Shown piece after piece: positions 50,536-64,000 of a stretch of 64,000 nucleotides of DNA. The position numbers and the translations under genes were made by a program. The notes beneath the pieces were generated by a model. It was given only the letters and a program-made list of their open reading frames with translations. It was not told the origin of the DNA and made no database searches. Source of the DNA: Paraspadella gotoi (Eukaryota > Animalia > Chaetognatha); contig CM119271.1 in NCBI GenBank assembly GCA_051294375.1, positions 9,104,120 to 9,168,119 of the forward strand, in the 5' to 3' direction. Position 1 is the stretch's first letter; each line of letters begins with the position of its first letter.

Positions 50536-50650
50536 TAGGCCAATTGCTCAATTCTCATTGGCCGAAGATTTTCAGCCAATGAGAGACAAGAGAGCTTCGC
50601 CTTCGAGTTGAAATAAAAACTCGGTGTCTGATTATTCTCGCCATTTTACT
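50536..50650 (+). promoter_or_regulatory. Putative Pol II promoter (several CCAAT boxes, A-rich box, YY1-like CGCCATTTT)
   Basis: CCAAT/ATTGG at ~50540, 50557 and 50576; AATAAAAA ~50612; TTATTCTCGCCATTTT ~50632; followed by GT-AG-bounded segments. Confidence 0.45.
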
Positions 50651-51335
50651 CGAACCCTCCACCTCCTCAACCGAAGCTCTCCACTCATTATTGAGTGAAT
50701 CTACGAAGATGAATACATTTAGAAATCACTTATTTTTTTTATATTTTCAACTGGTTCATTATTTAAATACAGGTAACTCTTTAGGATGTGTAATTAATCA
50801 ATAATAATGTTTAATCTTACCGCAATTTATAAAGTTCAGCACACGTGGAAGCCTCGCCTTTTTCAGTGTAATTTAATATTGTCGAAATTTTTGGTCCCTT
50901 TGGTTAAACTTAAATAAATACGAAATGTTTCTTTAGTTTCTTAAATAATCTGATCCTTTCGAAATATTGTAATTTTTTCTTCTTTTCTTTTTGTAGGCCT
51001 CTGCATAAAATGATCGATTGAAAATCTGCGGAATTGTCGGACCCACTCTTGCTGAGTTTGGATGAATCAGTTGCAGAGATGCTTATCACGGTATGCTCCT
51101 GAAATTTATAAATGTCAATTCTTTTGACGTAACTTTTTCTGCATTGACTAAATTAGATATTTTTACTTTGAGGTAGCATTCGTATGTTTGGCTGGTATCA
51201 AGCAACATTTGGTGATTTTTTTTCGAATCTTCAAGTGAGACTGCCCGTCTGTGATACAAGTCGGAGGTGAGTTTTAAGTCTCTTTCAAAAGGTGTTAATT
51301 GAAATTAGTTTTTTTTTCTTTGCTTAAAACCTTAT

Positions 51336-54300
51336 TTCCACTGATTGACCCGTCTGATGTTTATTTACAGAGAAAAAATGACAAAGAAAATTGTCTTTTC
51401 TTGGAGACATTGATTTGGCTATAAGTTATCGTCATTTGACTTCCTGTTCTGTGATGATTGACCAATGGACCTGAATTTTCTCGTGAAGGTTCACAAGTAA
51501 AACTACAACTGGGATAAATAAGTTAAATTTATATCTTAACTTTGGTTCAATAGCCGGTTTTTTTTTTTGTTTTTGGACTGTGCTTTAATAAAGTTAAAAA
51601 AGCAATTAGAATTTGTTTAATTTTTTGCATACCTGCATAAAAACTTAACTTTTCCGGGCCAAATTTTTATTATTGGACAGTTGTATATTTTTAAATCTTT
51701 TATAGCATAAATTGCTCGGTTACGCAGTCAAACTTCTTTGATATTCAAGGTTAAACTAAAATACTTTGGGAAAAGCATCTTTCCTATAATAAATGACAAG
51801 CAATTCATTTTCTCCTACAAAGCTTTAGCGGTACTTTTTATTTTCAAGAGCAATATTAGCTTATTTATTATAAGAAAGATGTTTTAAAACAATTAAGTTT
51901 GCTTTTTACTTTATATTTATTCAATTTCTGAGCACATCTGCGTCATACATTCAATTGTCTTTAATTTTCAAGGTTTAATCTCTTGCCCTTTATTATAGGA
52001 AAGATGCTTTTAAACAAAATTGGTTATTTACTAGTATTTTATCAGCAAAACTGCTGAAGTACCGTCAAACTTCGTTGATTTTTAGGGTAATTTTTTACCG
52101 ATTTGTTTTTGGACTGTGCATTAAACAAGTTGTATACTGTCAAATGTTATGTTCTCCTTTAGCATTACTGCTGAATTACTCAGTAAAACTTCTTTGATTT
52201 TCTAGTTTAAAAATGTTTGAATTGTTATTTATTATAGGAAAGATGCTTTTAAACAAAATATTATTTTTCTTCCTTCAGCATAACTGCTGAAGTACACAGT
52301 CAAACTTCTTTGATTTTCATGAACCACTTTAAATTGGTTTGTTTTTGGACTGTGCATTAAACAAGTTGTATACTTTTAATTGTTATATTCCCTTTAGCAT
52401 ACCTGCTGATGCACACAGTCAAACTTCTTTGATTTTTAATGTTTAATATTAATATCTTGCCGTTTATTATAGGAAAGATGCTTTTAAACAAATATTGTAT
52501 TTTTCTTCCTTCAGCATAACTGCTGAAGTACACAGTCAAACTTCTTTGATTTTCATGATGCACTATAAATTGGTTTGTTTTTGGACTGTGCATTAAACAA
52601 GTTGTATACTATTAGTTAATTTTAGATTCTCTCTTGCATAACTGCTAGATTACACAGTCAAACTTCTTTGATTTTAAAGGCTCAAAGCTTTTCATTAGTC
52701 GTTTATTATAGGAAAGATGCTTTTAAACAAAATTGTGATTAACTTTTCCTTAGCAAAACTGCTGGGGTACACAGTCAAACTTCTTTGATTTTCATGATAC
52801 ACTAGAAAATGGTTTGTTTTTGGACTGTGCATTAAACAAGTTGTATACTTTTAATTTGATTTTAGATTCTCGAGCATAACTGCTTGGGTACACAGTCAAA
52901 CTTCTTTGATTTTCAAGTTTAAAAATGTTTGAATTGTTGTTTATTATAGGAAAGATGCTTTTAAACAAAATATTGTATTTGTTCTTCCTTCAGCATAACT
53001 GCTGAAGTACACAGTCAAACTTCTTTGATTTTCAAGGTCATGGTAATGGATTTGTTTTTGGACTGTGCATTAAACAAGTTGTATACTTTTAATTTGATTT
53101 TAGATTCTCAAGCATAACTGCTGAAGTACACAGTCAAACTTCTTTGATTTTCAACTAAATTGGTTTGTTTTTGGACTGTGCATTAAACAAGTTGTATACT
53201 TTTAATTTGTTTTTAGATTCTCTCTAGCATAACTGCTAGATTACACAGTCAAACTTCTTTGATTTTAAGGGCTCAACGTCTTTTATTGATGGTTTATTAT
53301 AGGAAAGATGCTTTTAACAATATTGGTATTTGTCTTCCTTCAGCATGAACTGCTGAAGTACACAGTCAAACTTCTTTGATTTTCATGATACATTTTAAAT
53401 TGGTTTGTTTTTGGACTGTGGCATTAAACAAGTTGTATACTTTTTATGTTATATTCCCTTCGGCATACCTGCTGAAGTTACTTTGATTTTTAACATTTAA
53501 TATTAATCCTTTGCCATTTATTATAGGAAAGATGCTTTTAAACAAATATTGTATTTATTCTTCCTTCAGCATAACTGCTGAAGTACACAGTCACAACTTC
53601 TTTGATTTTCATGATACATTTTAAATTGGTTTGTTTTTGGACTGTGCATTAAACAAGTTGTATACTTCGGTTTGATTTTAGATTCTCTCTAGCATAACTG
53701 CTAAATTACACAGTCAAACTTCTTTGATTTTAAAGGCCTTAACTTTTTCATTCAGTCGTTTATTATAGGAAAGATGCTTTTAAACAAAATGTTTTGATTA
53801 ATTTTATTTCCCTAGTAAAACTGCTGGGGTATACCTACTTATTTTTTTGAATTTTACCAAGATCCTTCAGTTGGTTTCCACTGACTTGACCCGTTCTGAT
53901 GTTTATTTTACAGAGAAAAAATGACAAAGAAAATTGTCTTTTCTTGGAGACATTTGATTTGGCTATAAGTTATCGTCATTTGACTTCCTGTTCTGTGATG
54001 ATTGACCAATGGACCTGAATTTTCTCGTGAAGGTTCACAAGTAAAACTACAACTGGATAAATAAGGTTAAATTTATATCTTAACTTTGGTTCAATAGCCG
54101 GTTTTTTTTTTGTTTTGACTGTGCTTTAATAAAGTTAAAAAAGCAATTAGAAATTTGTTTAATTTTTTGCATACCTGCATAAAAACTTAACTTTTCCGGG
54201 CCAAATTTTTATTATTGGACAGTTGTATATTTTTAAATTCTTTATAGCATAAATTGCTCGGTTACGCAGTCAAACTTCTTTGATATTCAAGGTTAAACTA

Positions 54301-56403
54301 AAATACTTTTGGGAAAAGCATCTTTCCTATAATAAATGACAAGCAATTCATTTTCTCCTACAAAGCTTTAGCGGTACTTTTTATTTTCAAGAGCAATATT
54401 AGCTTATTTTATTATAAGAAAAGATGGTTTAAAACAATTAGTTTGCTTTTTACTTTATATTTATTCAATTTCTGAGCACATCTGCGTCATACATTCAATT
54501 GTCTTTAATTTTCAAGGTTTAATCTCTTGCCCTTTATTATAGGAAAGATGCCTTTTAAACAAAATTGGTTATTTACTAGTATTTTATCAGCAAAACTGCT
54601 GAAAGTACCGTCAAACTTCGTTGATTTTTAGGGGTAATTTTTTACCGATTTGTTTTGGACTGTGCATTAAACAATTGTATACTGTCAAATGTTATGTTCT
54701 CCTTTAGCATTACTGCTGAATTACTCAGTAAAACTTCTTTGATTTCTTAGTTTAAAAATGTTTGAATTGTTGTTTATTATAGGAAAGATGCTTTTAAACA
54801 AAATATTTTTTTCTTCCTTCAGCATAACTGCTGAAGTACACAGTCAAACTTCTTTGATTTTCATGAGCCACTTTAAATTGGTTTGTTTTTGGACTGCTGC
54901 ATTAAACAAGTTGTATACTTTTAATTGTTATATTCCCTTTAGCATACCTGCTGATGCACACAGTCAAACTTCTTTGATTTTTAATGTTTAATATTATATC
55001 TTGCCGTTTATTATTAGGAAAGATGCTTTTAAACAAATATTGTATTTTTCTTCCTTCAGCATAACTGCTGAAGTACACAGTCAAACTTCTTTGATTTTCA
55101 TGATGCACTATAAATTGGTTTGTTTTTGGACTGTGCATTAAAACAAGTTGTATACTATTAGTTAATTTTAGATTCTCTCTTGCATAACTGCTAGATTACA
55201 CAGTCAAACTTCTTTGATTTTAAAGGCTCAAAGCTTTTCATTAGTCGTTTATTATAGGAAAGATGCTTTTAAACAAAATTGTGATTAACTTTTCCTTAGC
55301 AAAACTGCTGCGGTACACAGTCAAACTTCTTTGATTTTCATGATACACTAGAAAATGGTTTGTTTTGGACTGTGCATTAAACAATTGTATACTTTTAATT
55401 TGATTTTAGATTCTCAGAGCATAACTGCTTGGGTACACAGTCAAACTTCTTTGATTTTCAAGTTTAAAAATGTTTGAATTGTTGTTTATTATAGGAAAGA
55501 TGCTTTTAAACAAAATATTGTATTTGTTCTTCCTTCAGCATAACTGCTGAAGTACACAGTCAAACTTCTTTGATTTTCAAGGTCATGTAATGGATTTGTT
55601 TTTGGACTGTGCATTAAACAAGTTGTATACTTTTAATTTGATTTTAGATTCTCAAGCATAACTGCTGAAGTACACAGTCAAACTTCTTTGATTTTCAACT
55701 AAATTGGTTTGTTTTTGGACTGTGCATTAAACAAGTTGTATACTTTTAATTTGTTTTTAGATTCTCTCTAGCATAACTGCTAGATTACACAGTCAAACTT
55801 CTTTGATTTAAGGGCTCAACGTCTTTATTGATGGTTTATTATAGGAAAGATGCTTTTTAAACAAATATTGTATTTGTTCTTCCTTCAGCAGAACTGCTGA
55901 AGTACACAGTCAAACTTCTTTGATTTTCATGATACATTTTAAATTGGTTTGTTTTTGGACTGTGCATTAAACAAGTTGTATACTTTTTATGTTATATTCC
56001 TTTCGGCATACCTGCTGAAGTTATTTGATTTTTAACATTTAATATTAATCCTTTGCCATTTATTATAGGAAAGATGCTTTTAAACAAATATTGTATTTAT
56101 CTTCCTTCAGCATAACTGCTGAAGTACACAGTCAAACTTCTTTGATTTTCATGATACATTTTAAATTGGTTTGTTTTTGGACTGTGCATTAAACAAGTTG
56201 TATACTTCGGTTTTATTTTAGATTCTCTCTAGCATAACTGCTAAATTACACAATCAAACTTCTTTGATTTTAAAGGCTTAACTTTTTTCATTAGTCGTTT
56301 ATTATAGGAAAGATGCTTTATAACAAAATTTTTGATTAATTTTATTTCCCTAGTAAAACTGCTGGGGTATACCTACTTATTTTTTAATTTTACCAAGATC
56401 CTT
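51336..56403. repeat. ~2.5-kb near-identical tandem duplication
   Basis: 51336-53867 is repeated at 53876-56403 with mostly 1-bp indels; probably an assembly artefact. Confidence 0.85.
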
Positions 56404-56480
56404 GTTGGTTTAATTTTGGACAGTGCTATTAAACAGGTTGTATACGTTGTTAATATTATGTAGCATAACTGCTGTTATTG
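51700..56480. repeat. ~117-bp-period satellite with a conserved 40-bp core and two alternating spacer types
   Basis: Core AGCATAACTGCTGAAGTACACAGTCAAACTTCTTTGATTTT. Spacer A contains TTTTTGGACTGTGCATTAAACAAGTTGTATAC; spacer B contains TTATTATAGGAAAGATGCTTTTAAAC. About 16 units per duplicate. Confidence 0.9.
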
Positions 56481-58144
56481 TAAATTTTAAAATATAAGTT
56501 TAAAAAAATCTTTGAACATTTTGCCAATATTCGCATAGTCTGACAAACAACTGTTAAAAAAACGCTCTCGATCTTTCACTAGTGCTGAGTGAGGAACAAG
56601 ATTGATATGACTTCCCGCGGGATCGGATAGGTTGAGGGACGAGGAGTAAGAAGGTTGATAGTGATAATGGGAAAGAAAGTGAGACGAGCTCGTCGATCAA
56701 TCAAGATACACTTTAAACTGCAAGTTGTTTTGCGGGATGTTGGAGATAGAGGAAGAGTCGGCAAGAAGAGAAGGGGGTGGGAAGAGGAAAAAGTAAACAT
56801 CCGAGTTGGCCGGTTTCGAGTCGAGGAATACTTCGGCCTTTATTTTTTAATCGGCATTCAAGTGAATGGTAAATGCCTAAATATTATGACAAGGGCGAAA
56901 TTAACATACAATTGAAACGGTCTTTGAAATATTATACTACTTCATTGATAGGGAAGCCAGGTACTCTGGGAGTGAATAAATGAGAACCGAGTCTTGATTG
57001 AAAGCTTGCAGGGACCTGCTATGCATTATCTGTAACACAGATAGAGGCCTAACACACAATTAGTGCATAGTAAGACTATTATCGACNNNNNNNNNNNNNN
57101 NNNNNNNNNNNATGAATGTATAGTTTGGGATAATTTTTATATTGATTGTACCAATTTCATATAACGCAGGAATTTTAAAGGGATTTTAGTCAGATGGTGG
57201 GAATGCGTTCTCTCAATCATTTTGAGTAATGTGGGTTTCGCGTCGGGTAGAGGATCTCTCTTCATTATTTTTTAAGGGAAAGATAAACTCTTGTCGAAAT
57301 CTTCGAGACTTGATTACGCTGACAAAAGAGCGGCCCTTGTCGATAAAATTATAGGAATTTTTACATTAGCATTCCTGCTGTCAGTTGTTTATTGTAAAAC
57401 CTTCAAGATGTAAAACGTTATAAAAAAATGATAGAATATAGAAATATAAAGAATATAAATATAAAAATATTGAAATCCTGCTTTCAGTTAATCTCTGTTG
57501 TAACTCACGTAAGCTCAAAATATTTTTACATTTTTAATAATTTTTTAAAATCGTTTGTAAAACTGGGGCAACCTTCATTAACTTCCAGAAAGTGTTTGTG
57601 ACTGTGTGGTAAACGTGCAACGTTATAAAATGTCAAATTTAAAACAAGTGCGGTTAATATTTGTAANNNNNNNNNNNATTTATAAATCTATTAGTCTAGT
57701 TCTTTTACTTATATAAATAATAGATGGTAGTAAATCGGGATAATTCTCAGAGCTGAAAGAAGCCTCGTACTCGTCGCCGTATCCATGACGACGTCGAAAA
57801 CAACTTTGAATGGTAGATCTCTTCCGTTATTACGATTTCTCGGTTTTGAAAATAAAGTGTCGACAAATCCAGCTAAAAAACTTTGCCGAAATTTAATCTT
57901 GCCGAAAAGAAAAAAAGTATATTGTATTTTTTATCCAAAATGCCGAGAAAAAATAAACGAACCGAATGAAGGTTAAGACTAGCGAATGTCCGCAACACGT
58001 CGGAAAATTTCAGGACTTTCTTTCCTAATGAAAACACCAATTGATACAAAACCGTCATGATTCGCGACGAAAAAGCGCCGAAACCGACAACTCGGAAATT
58101 ATAGGTTTAATGAATAGANNNNNNNNNNTAGGCAAAAAAATATA

Positions 58145-61100
58145 ATGGTGACGGGAGGAACGTCAGAGCTGAGCATGGAAAAGGCCGACCTCGACTACGT
58201 GCCGCAGCACCCGCTGCCGCCGGAAATCGCGACGCTTCAACGGGACGAGACGGTCTGCAAGTTTTGCGGCGTCTCTTACCTCATCCACAACGAGATCAAG
58301 CGACTGGAGGAAGAGCTCGCAGTCGCCGAGGCAGAGGTGTTTGGACGTTAGGGGAGTGGGGAGGTTTTGAGGACTATCGCCTTCATTTCAAACCGAGGCG
58401 TAATGGCCTTTTATCGTGAAATTTTTTATTTCGATAAATGCGGCTTGGCCTTTGATGTGGTTTTTTCCCGAACTATTATTAATTACATAGTATAGTATAG
58501 TAGAAAAAATGAATTTACAATTTAAAGATTGACAGTTTATAAAGCAAAAAAAAATAATTTTTTCCTGATTGTAAAACGATAAACCTTGAAAACAAGTTGA
58601 ATGTTAAGAACGTTTATTCACATTGTGACAAGCCTTAGGTATTTTTCTCACCTGCATTTATCATCCTCATATCGCCTTTCCTCACCTTACCGCCCGATCG
58701 CCGCCCTCACTTTTACCCCTCAAAATAGATTTCCCGCCTCTCCCCGCTCGAAGCCGACAACCGACGTCTCCAAGTCGACCTCGAGGCCGCCGCCTCTCGC
58801 GTCGCTCAACTCGAGATCGACATCGCCCGTAATGAAGAAGAACACGCCGCCGCATCCAAGTAAACAAATCCGCATTCCGAACCGAGAGAACGAACGATTC
58901 GTCTATTATCGATTGAAAATTTTAAGAGCTTTACAAGCAACACAGCGATACTTAATTTTGTAATATCAGTATTACGGAACTGATTTTGAAAATTCATCGA
59001 AATTAAATAGAGATTGCCATATTTAAAAAGTTTCGAAAATTCAAATTTATATACTTTATATATAATTTATATATTTTTTAACTTTTAAAACTTCTTTCCA
59101 AAGTTATATAGAAAATTTCAAATTTCAAATTTCCAAAATTAATCAAGTCTGAAGTTTTAAAAAATATTATAAATAACCTCGATTCATCGAATCTGTGAGA
59201 GCAGGAAAATATTTGATTGAATAAGAAGGAATCTGACGTGGCCAAAAAGAATATATCTATAAATATCTAATATATATCTATATATTAAAACCTATTAAAA
59301 GTATTGCTAAAACCGTAAAATAAGACTACTATGAAAACTGTTTCAAAAGATATGAAAACTGATCCAAACTGCTACAATATGTAAATGAGATTGAAGAACT
59401 CGATTTCATTTAAAATGAACCACAAATTACTCTGCAACATATATAATCAGAACTTGTCAGATTTGCTGATATTGCGAAACATGCATGTTACAAATGTCAC
59501 CTATGATGTCATAAGTCAAATGTATTTTACCTTCAGGAAAAAGCTGGACATTATCTCTCAACTCGACTGGGAGAAGAAAAACTTGGAGAGAAAAGCGATT
59601 CTGTCCGAAGAAAAATTAGCGGAGACGAGAGAGAAGAGAATAGAGTTGGAGACGGCGGTCGCAAAGCTGGGCGGAGAGGCGGGGGCGGCGAAGGCGGAGT
59701 TAAAGGCGGTGAACGGCGAGGTGGAAAGCATGAGGAGTCGATGGGAGGAAGAGTGGGCGGAGACGAGGCGGTGGATAGAGGAAGAAGGGAGGAAAAAGGA
59801 GGAAGAGAGGAGGAAGGAGGGGGAGAGAGTCGAGGGTTTAGAGAAGGAAAAGAGGGAGTTGGAGACGAAATTAGAGCGGGCGAGGGAGGAAGGAAGGAGA
59901 GCAGAGGAGCTGGGTAAGAGTAGCGAGGAATCGGCGGCCAAGTTAGAGGCCAGCGAGAAGCGAGAGGCCGAGTTAAAGGCCAAGTGGGAGGCCGCGGACG
60001 CGGAGCTGCGTCGCTGCCGTCGAGCGGCCGAAGAAGCCGCCCTGACGAAGCGGCGGGATTCGGAGTTGATCGTCCGGGTGGGCAAGATGGAGAAAGAGGC
60101 GGGGGTGGCGAAGGAGGAGGCGGAGAAGACGGCGTGGAAGATTAAAGAGAAGGAGAACGAGTTGGAGAATTTGAGGGCAAAGACGAAGGAAAGGGAGAGG
60201 AAGTTGGAGAGGATGAATTCGGAATTAAAGAGTAAAGAGTCTAAGGAGAGGGAAGCGGAGAAGAGGACGAGGAAAGCCGAGGCCGAAGCCAAGGAGAGGG
60301 AGAAGAGGATGGAGGAGTTGACCGCGCAATTGAATGAGGCGAGGAAGAGGGAAGAGGAGAGGAAGAGGGAGGAGGAGAGGACGGCGAAGAGAGAGAGAGT
60401 GGCGAAGGAGGAGGCGAGGGAGTTGAAGTCCCTGTTGGAGGCGTCGACCGAGGAGACGGCGATTTTGAAAAGGGAGAGAGACGAGGCGACGATAGCGAGA
60501 CAGAACGAGTTGGAGAAGATGAGGAGGAGTTTCGAGAGGAAGTTGGAAGAGGCGGAGCCGACGAGGAAGAAGGTGGAGGAAGAAGCGGAGAGAGAGAGGG
60601 AGGAATGGAGGAAGAGGGAGAAGGAGAGAGAGGAGAGAGCGAGGAAAGAGTTCGAGGCGGAGGTGGGGATTTTGAAGGAGAAGCATCAAGAGTTGTTGGA
60701 GAAGTGGAAGAGGGAGAGGAAGGCCGAGGAGGAAGGGGCGAGGAAAGAATTGAAGGAGGAAAAGAAGAGATGCGCGGACGAGACGGAGGCGGCGGAGAAG
60801 AGAGCCGAGGAGGCGACGAGGAGGAGCAACGCGAAAGTTAAGGAGGCCAAGGAGGAGGCCAAGAATCTCAAGGCTGTCGTGGCCAAACTGGAGGCCAAGT
60901 TGGCCAAAGCGGCCGAGGCATCGGAGGCCAAGGCCGAGGAGACGAGGGGGAGGTTGAGGGCGAAGGAGAAGGAGGTGGTGACGATGAAGGCGGAGATGGA
61001 GGATGCGAAGAAGAAGTTGGCCGAATGCGAGGCTGAGAAGGTTAATATATCAATCAATCAATCAAATCAATCGTTAAAAATCATCAAATAAAACAATAAA

Positions 61101-61969
61101 GCAAACAACTAAATTGGGAAACGAACAGACAATCAAGTAAACTAATTGGTTAACTCGTCAGAATGTAACCATTCAATCAATCAATCAATCAATAAAACAA
61201 ACATTCGATAAAATTTATTAATTTATCAAATAAGTGTATTATAAAAGTCAATCAAGTCAATCACTCCCCCTCCACCAGGGCTTCCTCATGGACACCGTCC
61301 GCAAAGAGTGCGAAGAGCGCTATGAGTTGACGGACGCGTTGGCGATGGCCAAGGAGGAGCTCCTCAAGCTCAAGAAGCCGCTCGAAGGCTTCGTCGGCTG
61401 CTACCCGCTGCCCAACGCCGCCGCCCGGGCCGGGGATCCGCCGGTCAAGGCGGCCGCCGCTAAGCACGTTGAGGAGCGGTTGGCCGGCGCCTCGCCGATG
61501 CCGTTGAAGTCGTCGTTGAAGGCGACGACGATGACGACGAAGAGTTCGATCAGCGGGACGAATTCACGGACTACGGACGACGTCGCTCACTCGGCCAACG
61601 CGAGGTAAGGATTCCCAGTTTTTTAATTGTAAGAAGCTGTTTAATTATTTACTAATTTAACATGGCCGAGGGATAGAACTAATTTTTACATAGCCAGGTT
61701 TAGACTGAATTTCTCCCCCCACCGCTCCTTCTTTATTGATATCTCTCTCTCTTTCTACCTCTTTCTCTCGCTCTCTCTCTCTCTCTCTTTTTTTCTCGCG
61801 CCCGACAAAATAACCCTCACCAAATCAAGAGCATTGTTGTTGTTGTTGTTGCTTCAGGACCATCGAGCCGGAGGAGAATCATAGAGGAAAGACGAAACTG
61901 ACGGTGGAACAAAGACGGAAACGAATCCTGGAGGCCATGGGACGAAAATCCGCCGTCAACCCTGCCTGA
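58145..61969 (+). CDS. LEKR1: Leucine-, glutamate- and lysine-rich protein 1 (coiled coil)
   Basis: Exons 58145-58336, 58729-58859, 59537-61040, 61279-61604 and 61858-61969. N-terminal PQHPLPPEI…ETVCKFCGVSYLIHNE and C-terminal LMDTVRKECEERYELTDAL are LEKR1 signatures. Confidence 0.88.
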
Positions 61970-62131
61970 AACAAATGAACAATTTGATCCGTGGCGTCGG
62001 ATTACTGAAGAATCTTGAAAAAATACGAAGATTTCGGAGGCCAAAAAAAATAAATAATAACATTGGATCTCCTTAAAATTGCAAAAACGTTATCCGTCGC
62101 CAAACAATAACCACGACGGAACGTCGTGTCC

Positions 62132-62144
62132 GTTACCTAGCAAC
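62132..62144 (+). promoter_or_regulatory. RFX X-box upstream of IFT25
   Basis: GTTACCTAGCAAC fits GTTNCC-N-RGYAAC, ~320 bp before a ciliary gene start. Confidence 0.7.
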
Positions 62145-62462
62145 CCGCCACTCGCTTTGACTTCTTAAATACAAATTTTAATGATCTCTCGAAATTTGTT
62201 TTCCCGCCGTCTTGCCAATCAATCGGCTCGTCGTATCTTTGATATTTTTTACTCCCTCACTCTTTATAAGTCCACTCCTTTTTCAACATGTCTGTATGTT
62301 TGTTTGTTGATGACGATTGTACTGAATCAACCTTGTTGTATTCGAATAAAATCGCATATATAATGTACATGTCCTTATCATCTATTTTTTATCTTCCTTC
62401 GCTGCAATATACATGTTTTTTTTCCCCCTCGATAATGTCTTCAAGGTTCGTCCGAGATCGAC

Positions 62463-63938
62463 ATGGCGACGAATCTGGCGACCAAAGACGCCGGTAAATT
62501 TTTCAGGAGTGACGATGGGTTTTAAATATTGTTTATATTTTTGCCTATTTGTATATTTTTCCAGTCCGAACTGATTGGGGATATTTGTGATGTGCGAATT
62601 CTAATATAATGATAATTTTTAATGATATTTGAATTATGTAAAATCATTTCTTTTCGTCGCGTGATTGGAATTTAAAAACAACAACATTTAATTTCAGCAA
62701 CGATCATTTTAAATAATGAACTTTTTATTTTCAAGTCTTCATCCGCACTTGATGACAGTACTGATGTCCATTATTCAACCTTTTTTTTTCTAAATGATAT
62801 TTGCAAAAAAGAAAGAATCGTCAATTTCATCGTCAATCGTTAATTTTTTTCTTTTGTTTCATTTTGAGGCACATCGGTTACCATGGTGACGTCCTCGAGC
62901 GAAGGCTTTCCCGCGTCGAACATGATCGACGGGAACGAAACTTCGTTTTGGATGTCGACCGGAATGTTTCCTCAGGTTGTTTTACGTATCTTTGTTTTTT
63001 TTTTTGTGTCATTTACGTTTTGTAGTTATTTCGTAGTTATTAATATGTCGTTAGGGAATAAATATTAAGTTTTTTTATTGTTATGCCTCATATTAGTTGC
63101 GCGAAGATTGATTTCGCTAATTGTACTCGATAGAAGCGTAACTCAAGATTTAAAAAAAAAAATCAAATTAAATACACAGCGACTGATTCGGAAACAGTAC
63201 ATCGTCCTTTATCATTTAAATTCCTTCCTTGGTTTTCACAGGAATTCATCATCTCATTCCTCAATCCCGTGACGGTGAATCAAATCTCACTCAAATCTCT
63301 CAGTCTTCGTTCTCTCATTTTCGAGACGTCGGACGCCAAAGATCCCTTGGATTTTGAGCTTCTTAAGAAACAGGTGAGCTCTCGCCTTTTTTTTTTTGCT
63401 AGTATCTCGGCGTCGTTTTGGTTTTTGCTTATCTTAATCTACCGAAAAAAAAGTATTATCAAGAAATATCGGGAAAAACGCAGTTGAAATGCGTGACCAA
63501 CCGAGTCTTATGAAAATTGGAAAAATCACTTGGTTTTTTTTTTATGGTTTTAAGATTTCAAAATATTTGATTTGAATTATTTTATTCCTTTATTTTCTTT
63601 TTATATTTTTACGATCGAAATCTAAAACGAATCTTCTATTATTGGGAGGTGAAGTTAGTGCTGTCTTCTGGAAAGATAGGGAGCATTTATACAGTGAAGA
63701 TAACGGCACTAACAACGATGACAATGCATAGAAACGCCGATTGTGTTAAAACAAAGAAATTCCTCCCCCAACTCAGGAGATGGAATCGGGCGGCGGCGAC
63801 GGCGACGCTCAGTCTCTTCAATCGGACGAGATTCGTTTCGAACCGAAATCCCTCCGTCATCTCAAAGTCACCGTCGTCGCCGCCTTCGATCACTTCGTCG
63901 GAATCAGCAGCGTTCGGGTTTTCGGCAACGCTCATTGA
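62463..63938 (+). CDS. HSPB11: Intraflagellar transport protein 25 (HSPB11)
   Basis: Exons 62463-62493, 62869-62975, 63242-63373 and 63777-63938. FPASNMIDGNETSFWMSTGMFPQEFII, RHLKVTVVAAFDHFVGISSVRV. Confidence 0.93.
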
Positions 63939-64000
63939 ATCCGCGGCGCTGCGATCGACGAGTCTCTCGATCTTAGAGAGATAAAAAAACAAAAAAAAAA

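Noticed and set aside
52040-56400. CRISPR array
   Set aside because: Eukaryotic context, no cas genes, and spacers fall into two homologous classes rather than being unique.
51336-56403. 2.5-kb duplication doubling the satellite
   Set aside because: Same indel error pattern; the true array is probably half as long.
56579-56830. Possible LINE endonuclease relic on the minus strand
   Set aside because: Only a vague PT..S.I.L-like motif; insufficient support.

Overview
AT-rich invertebrate (metazoan) genomic DNA with GC/CpG-rich exons, short spliceosomal introns and several assembly gaps. All 12 recognisable genes lie on the + strand: a CIDE-N-like/C2H2 zinc-finger gene (5' end outside the window), a TRAF2/3-like gene, then a tightly packed run of SLC39A7 (ZIP7), PEMT, an unknown Ser/Pro-rich protein, TEN1-like, PDE6D, ENTR1/SDCCAG3, ATP5PO and intronless RAD9, and finally LEKR1 and HSPB11/IFT25. 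The first 32 kb is TE-rich: a decayed DIRS element, a Tc1/mariner relic, Helentron-like elements, MITEs and foldbacks. The most striking signal is a miniature non-coding LTR element (TRIM) in a TRAF intron. It has a PBS, a PPT and a TSD, and each LTR carries a 72-nt tRNA-like (Pol III) head followed directly by a circularly permuted (type P5) twister-ribozyme fold. The same variant twister fold, with compensatory base changes, recurs in an unrelated TGT..ACA / 4-bp-TSD MITE family. Minimal Penelope-type hammerhead motifs and a satellite with a covarying hairpin are also present. All calls were made by eye; no database search or folding program was run.
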